A program made the position numbers and the translations under genes. The notes beneath the pieces were generated by a model. That model worked only from the letters and a program-made list of their open reading frames with translations, searched no databases and was not told where the DNA came from. Shown here piece after piece: positions 62,781 to 64,000 of a stretch of 64,000 nt of DNA. Source of the stretch: Hydrolagus colliei (taxonomy: Eukaryota); assembly GCA_035084275.1 (NCBI GenBank), contig CM068743.1, positions 43,772,001 through 43,836,000 of the forward strand, given 5' to 3'. The stretch's first letter is position 1. Each line of letters opens with the position of its first letter.

Positions 62781-63902
62781 AAAAGTAAAATAAATAGAGG
62801 TGTTCCTATTGTTTGGATTTGCCTTAATAAATTAAATAGCATTGGAAAGAGAGGTGGAGTTATGATAATCTGCCAAGATAGACTTTTTTGATTGAAACTG
62901 GGTGTACAGTGGTATCTCAAGTGGGCAGAACTTCAGTGAGAGTGAGAAAGAATGTAGTATAGAAAACAAAGAATTCCATGCATTGTGTCAAGAGCAAATG
63001 GAAACAAAGGTTTTGCCATTCATTTTGGTGAATCTTGAGGATAAATTAAAGGGAACGATGCAGTGGCGTGGGGGAAATCTTTGGAAGAGTATTTTATTTA
63101 CTGTTTTTATCCTTAGCGATGGTTGTAATTCACAAAGATATTGCATTTTATTGAACAGTTAAGCTTGAAACATGCGCCTTCAGATAAAAAGATCAGCAGG
63201 TTTATTAATTCACATAATTCTTGGAATGGAACCCAGAAATTAAAAATCAGAATAGATTTAATTTTAGTGCATTAATTCTATTGTGGTCCTCAAAGGGTTA
63301 TTAATTCCTTCCAAAGTGATATACTGCACCATTCTGCCAACTGATCTTTTTCTAGTTTAACACATTATAGCACTGTAGCTTTTAAAATGCATTTGTATAT
63401 CACATTGAAATACAAATACAGGTAGATAAACAATAGAAGGTATAACTGTAATTGCAAACTCATTATTTATTTTTTCCATTCACTTTCTGTTTATTCCCAT
63501 TATATGGGTTTTCAAATACATTAAAAAAAATACAGCTACAAGGGTTGAATAAAGAGCAGGTAAATGGGATGGTAAGAATTCCTCCTGAGAGAGCTGGCAG
63601 ACATGAGGGGCCAAATGAAAACAAAACCGAATAGAAGTGTATATGCTCAACCCCAAGAATAAAATATTTATTCCATTACCCAGTTTTGTTTTTGCATCTA
63701 AACATATTAAAATGTAGGTCATTCACTGTTAAATTTCACTGAGACACATCAGCCCATTTTGCCGTCTAATCACTTTTGTGTAAAATGTGCATTTTTATTA
63801 GGTATTTTCTAGAGTGTTCTTTTCTATAGCTAGAATGAGTGACAAGAAGGATTGCAGCACAAACATTTGCTACTTGGCCAATTTTAGATGGAGTTTATAG
63901 AA

Positions 63903-63936
63903 ATCCTGATCCAAGCATAATCCTGATCCAAGCATA
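63903..63936. repeat. 17-bp tandem duplication (atcctgatccaagcata x2)
   Basis: Seen directly. Confidence 0.9.
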
Positions 63937-64000
63937 GCATTTTTTGGCCAAATAGTTTCTGTGTTTAACAGGATTTAACCAGATAACAGCTGAAATAAAT

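Overview
Eukaryotic, repeat-dense, AT-rich genomic DNA. The repeat set (CR1 and L2 LINE relics, tRNA-headed DeuSINE-type SINEs with L2-like tails, an LF-SINE-like relic) points to a cartilaginous fish, probably a chimaera or shark (inference). No complete host gene is recognisable. Almost all listed ORFs are LINE reverse-transcriptase/endonuclease fragments or low-complexity artefacts. The left 25 kb holds several minus-strand exon candidates; the best is 2587-2841, whose Cys motifs weakly recall the HGSNAT luminal domain. Notable structures: (1) two inverted copies of a non-autonomous hAT element with 16-bp TIRs, 8-bp TSDs, an expandable G-rich minisatellite and YY1/NRF1-type motifs; (2) a palindromic Penelope-like element with two divergently oriented hammerhead-ribozyme-like cores; (3) pogo/Tigger-like and Charlie-like MITEs; (4) a nested CR1/L2/SINE/hAT cluster; (5) an unclassified old repeat in three copies; (6) small fold-back elements. 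All family names come from recognising sequence by eye, not from database searches, and the boundaries of old repeats are approximate.
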